DNA of 64,000 nt from Trichodelitschia bisporula (lineage: Eukaryota), in NCBI GenBank assembly GCA_010356995.1, contig ML996704.1:62001-126000 (forward strand), in the 5' to 3' direction. The notes beneath the pieces are model-generated. The model did no database searches. It had not been told where the DNA came from and saw nothing but the letters and a program-made list of their open reading frames with translations. The position numbers and the translations under genes were made by a program. Below, piece after piece: positions 60,645-64,000 of this stretch. Position 1 is the stretch's first letter, and each line of letters begins with the position of its first letter.

Positions 60645-61285
60645 ATGACCCCCGCTGCCGCCCCATCAGTTAAGACCCCAACGAAGCTCCGCCGCCCTCC
60701 ACCGCGGGTGGAAAAGGCCGCCTTTCCCAGCTTCATCAAGCCGAACGAGAACCGCGCAAAGATGATGTTCAACAACGCGAACGCAAAAGACATGAGCCTC
60801 GCAGAGGCGAACGCCATCACCTTCGATGAGATCAATGCTGGTAAGCCCTGAGTGATTCGAGGGATGAGACGTTGGAGATCCCGAGGCCGGAGGGCCTAGT
60901 ACGGATCGTACGGCGATGGGCGGGTCGAGGTCATGGTTACCGTGGGTATGGTTGTTTATTGTTATTGTTATTGCGGAGTGGTGAGTGGTGAGTGGTGGTC
61001 ACGGAGGTCCGCATCAAGATCACAACGCTAGTGGCTGACACAGAGATACGTTCATGATGAAGTCTAGGCGGATGAAGAGCACCCACGGTAAGCGGATATC
61101 ACCGATTCATAGACATGAGCTGACCTTGTGCCAGAGAAAAAGCGCGACGGCAGCTCAAGGGGCACAATTACCGCACGCCTGAGCAGGCGGCGAAGCCGGG
61201 TACCCCATTGAGAACGCGCGGAATCGTGCCGACATACCTAAGTCGGGGATCGATAGCCGCTGTGTTCTGTATTGACTGCAAATGA
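60645..61285 (+). pseudogene. Copy D: frameshifted paralogue of copy A
   Basis: Exon 60645-60840, then a 42-nt microexon 61046-61087 (TFMMKSRRMKSTH versus A EFMLNPKGMNKSR; weak GAG acceptor). The last exon starts at 61135, and its A-like frame (QLKGHNYRTPEQAAKPGTP versus QVMAHQRRQSEQVQQPEIP) needs a 1-nt shift. Confidence 0.7.
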
Positions 61286-64000
61286 ACATCCAGAACGAAA
61301 GGTGGCAGCTGATCGGACTATGAGCAAGGTGTAAGGCGAATCTCCACTTCGGGCATCTTGGATTCATTCAGCATGATCAGCAAATGACGGAAGACGCTGA
61401 GGTTGAACTCTGCTTCAAGTGAGTGCGTTGAATTTTTTAAGATGCAACACTGGTCGGAACGATGCATTCCTTAGTGCACAGTTATTTGATGCCTTGGCCT
61501 GCGTTACGATGCTTTGGCGACCAAACTTAGATCGCCCAAGCACCACAACGCAAGCGCAGGCATCAAGAAACTACGCATTAAGGAATATATCCAACCCGTC
61601 CACGAGAAGCTTGCAGATACGCGGATCCCTCTATCCCGAGGAAGTCATCAGAATCCAGCGGAAAGAAATCGAGGCAACCGACGAGGCAACCGACGAGGCA
61701 AAAGCGGAGCTGTTCGCCCCGCAGCACCTCCCTCCATCAACTTCCGCGAACCTCAACGACATTAATCCAGAAGATATCCTACCTCGAATACCGGAGGTCT
61801 TCTTTGGGGTCGTCATTGACGAGGTTGTATCCGAGATGAAGTCGGGAAGCGGCACGAGCCGTTCGCTAGAGCGGAACGTACCCCTGTCTGCCGCGGCGAT
61901 TGGCAAACAGATGATACAGTTGCCTTCCAGGCTTCAGCTTTTGAACCGATGTCGTAAAAATCAGCTTGACGGCGGTTCGGTCTAACGTTACGCCTGTCAA
62001 TTCAGATTCATCCGCGGTGGAGGCTGTTCCCAGGGAGTTCCTCCATGGCAGGGAATGGAGGTTCCTCGTGAAAGCTGGCGCTTATCAGCAAACTGTGGCG
62101 CGCTCGGCATGAGAACGGGACGCGCAACTCATTGGCTTTGGCATTGCAATGATGGATGGGCTCTTCGATGCGACAGGAACGGATACAGCTAATTGGGAGA
62201 AGCAGCGGTATCCATGGAGAGTTTCGTGAGAAGACATCCAGTTCCCACAAGCGGCGCCTCGAGGCGGACCATACTTGCAAGGACGATTTGTCGAGGTTCA
62301 TGGTACGCTCACCGTCCCGGTCATGGACCCATAAATTTCTGAGCCATACGTTGAGCAACCCAGGAATATATCCGAAGATGAGAGGTAGTCTGGAGCCGCA
62401 TGCTCCAGCAGATGGCCATGATGTTCCAAGGGTTCGGACCAGGGCCGTCCAATCTGCGAAGCATGTCGGCGAGGTGAGCTAGACATGGAGGCAGACGTCT
62501 GGGCTTGTTGTCTCCATCGGCCATCACAGGCTAGACACATGTACCGTGGGTGAAGACATAGGGAGCCCGCCAGAGCGTCGTCGGATTCAGTGAGAGCATG
62601 TTGGGCGCGGCATGTCCATGGACATCCTCGGAATCAACACTCCGAAGAGCGATATCGACACTATTGTCTACTCTTAGCATACGAAATGGTGCATACGGAC
62701 GGGAAGGAAGTCCAGACGGATCAGTGATACCTAGCTCCACATCACCAATCAGCTCCCGCACACTAGCGACTTCGACGCCCCAAGCTTCCCATTGCATGGT
62801 CGCTTCGAGGTTCGTCGGCAGGCATGTGATGCATGGGCTCCACCACCTCTCCCGTCGCGCTGCAGAAGGCTGACATTGCTTTTGCAGCACAGTGGTAAGG
62901 CTTATCGCATCCCAGGATGTTGGCGACATGGTGCGGGAGCTCGTCATCCGGCACCACATCATCGCGAGCTACCCCTCTCGCGTTCGTCGTCGATCGCCCC
63001 GCACCGGGCGGGCGGACGGCTGAGCTGCTGCCATGTGGGAGGGACCGGTTCGGCTGTTGCGTCCTGCCTCGCGTTGGTGGACGGGCGATAGGGCCAAAGT
63101 TGGTCGGCGATGATCGAATGAGGCGCTGCGGGGAAGCTCAATGGTTGGCGCTTGCTATGCTTGCTGTCCCGGTTTTTATAAACAAGGCATCAGCCTTGTA
63201 GCAATGCTGGCAGGCTGACAGTCGTGGTGGGGGAGCAGACGGGGTATTTGAGGGGGTCGCCGGCCCACGGGCTCCAACGGTCACCAGAAGTGATCGTGCA
63301 GTTGTGCGGAGAAACTCCGAAAACCCTTGTCGATCGTAAGATCGTCTTTGCACCTCTTCACTCTGCATGATTGCATGCATGTCATCGTCTGAGAAATCTC
63401 CCCGCGAACGAACGACGTCAAAATAGGGCGTGGAAAAAAGAAACGGTCGTTCCCCACTGCCGCCTTCACGCCATCTATATCTGGGGGCGCCCCGGTATCA
63501 TCCGTTCACCGACCAGACCCTTGCCCATTCAACTAGCCTAGCTCCGCCGCATTGCTACCATTTCTTAACCCTCACAACCCCACACTCTCGATCGTGCCCG
63601 GGACCTGCAGCAAGATTCTCGAGGCCCAAGACACCAGCTGTTGAGCTGCACAGTGTGCGGCATAGCAAAATATTTGCCGCCGACCGTGGCTCCCCTCACT
63701 TCTTCCCTCGGTTTCGGGTACTCTCTGGCTTCACCTCGCCGAAACCACCGGCCTCCAGATCACCGTACCCTTGTCGGGTAGAAACGGAAGAGAACGAACG
63801 ATCGCCTGGCGCGACCACCTCCTCGACTACATCTATCTCACGCTCGCCCATGGATTTATGAGAGCCTAGATCGACAGCGACTCAGGCTCCTGGCATTTCA
63901 GACGGTACCTGGCTGCCGTCTGGCCGCGTCTTGTCTCACCCACAGCTTTTTCCACCCTCGACAAATCTACCACCTGATCTCTTCAACCGCCCACCATGAC

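Overview
Filamentous ascomycete (Pezizomycotina-like) genomic DNA with short GT-AG introns carrying CTAAC/CTGAC branch points and three N gaps. Positions 1 to ~51.7 kb are a compact core-gene region: ABP2-like, PMP47-like carrier, FAR11/STRIP, HsbA-like, NCE101, ATG8, a peroxisomal acyl-CoA dehydrogenase, MAK10, ATP15, QCR2, RPC82, an SDR, a secreted GXWXG/DUF4334-like protein, NEO1, SEC16, RNase H1, a DUF202 protein and PFK26. Several of these, including small intron-split genes missing from the ORF track, were rebuilt by manual splicing. From ~51.75 kb to the end the sequence changes character and I recognise no conserved gene. This accessory block starts with a four-copy non-coding array of ~205-bp period. 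It continues with a tandem family of five highly diverged, multi-intron genes for small basic proteins (two intact, three degenerate). Four of them show phase-1 introns around a 39-42-nt microexon, and between two copies the introns appear better conserved than the exons. This block is the best candidate for an undescribed system. All gene identities come from motif recognition, not from database searches.
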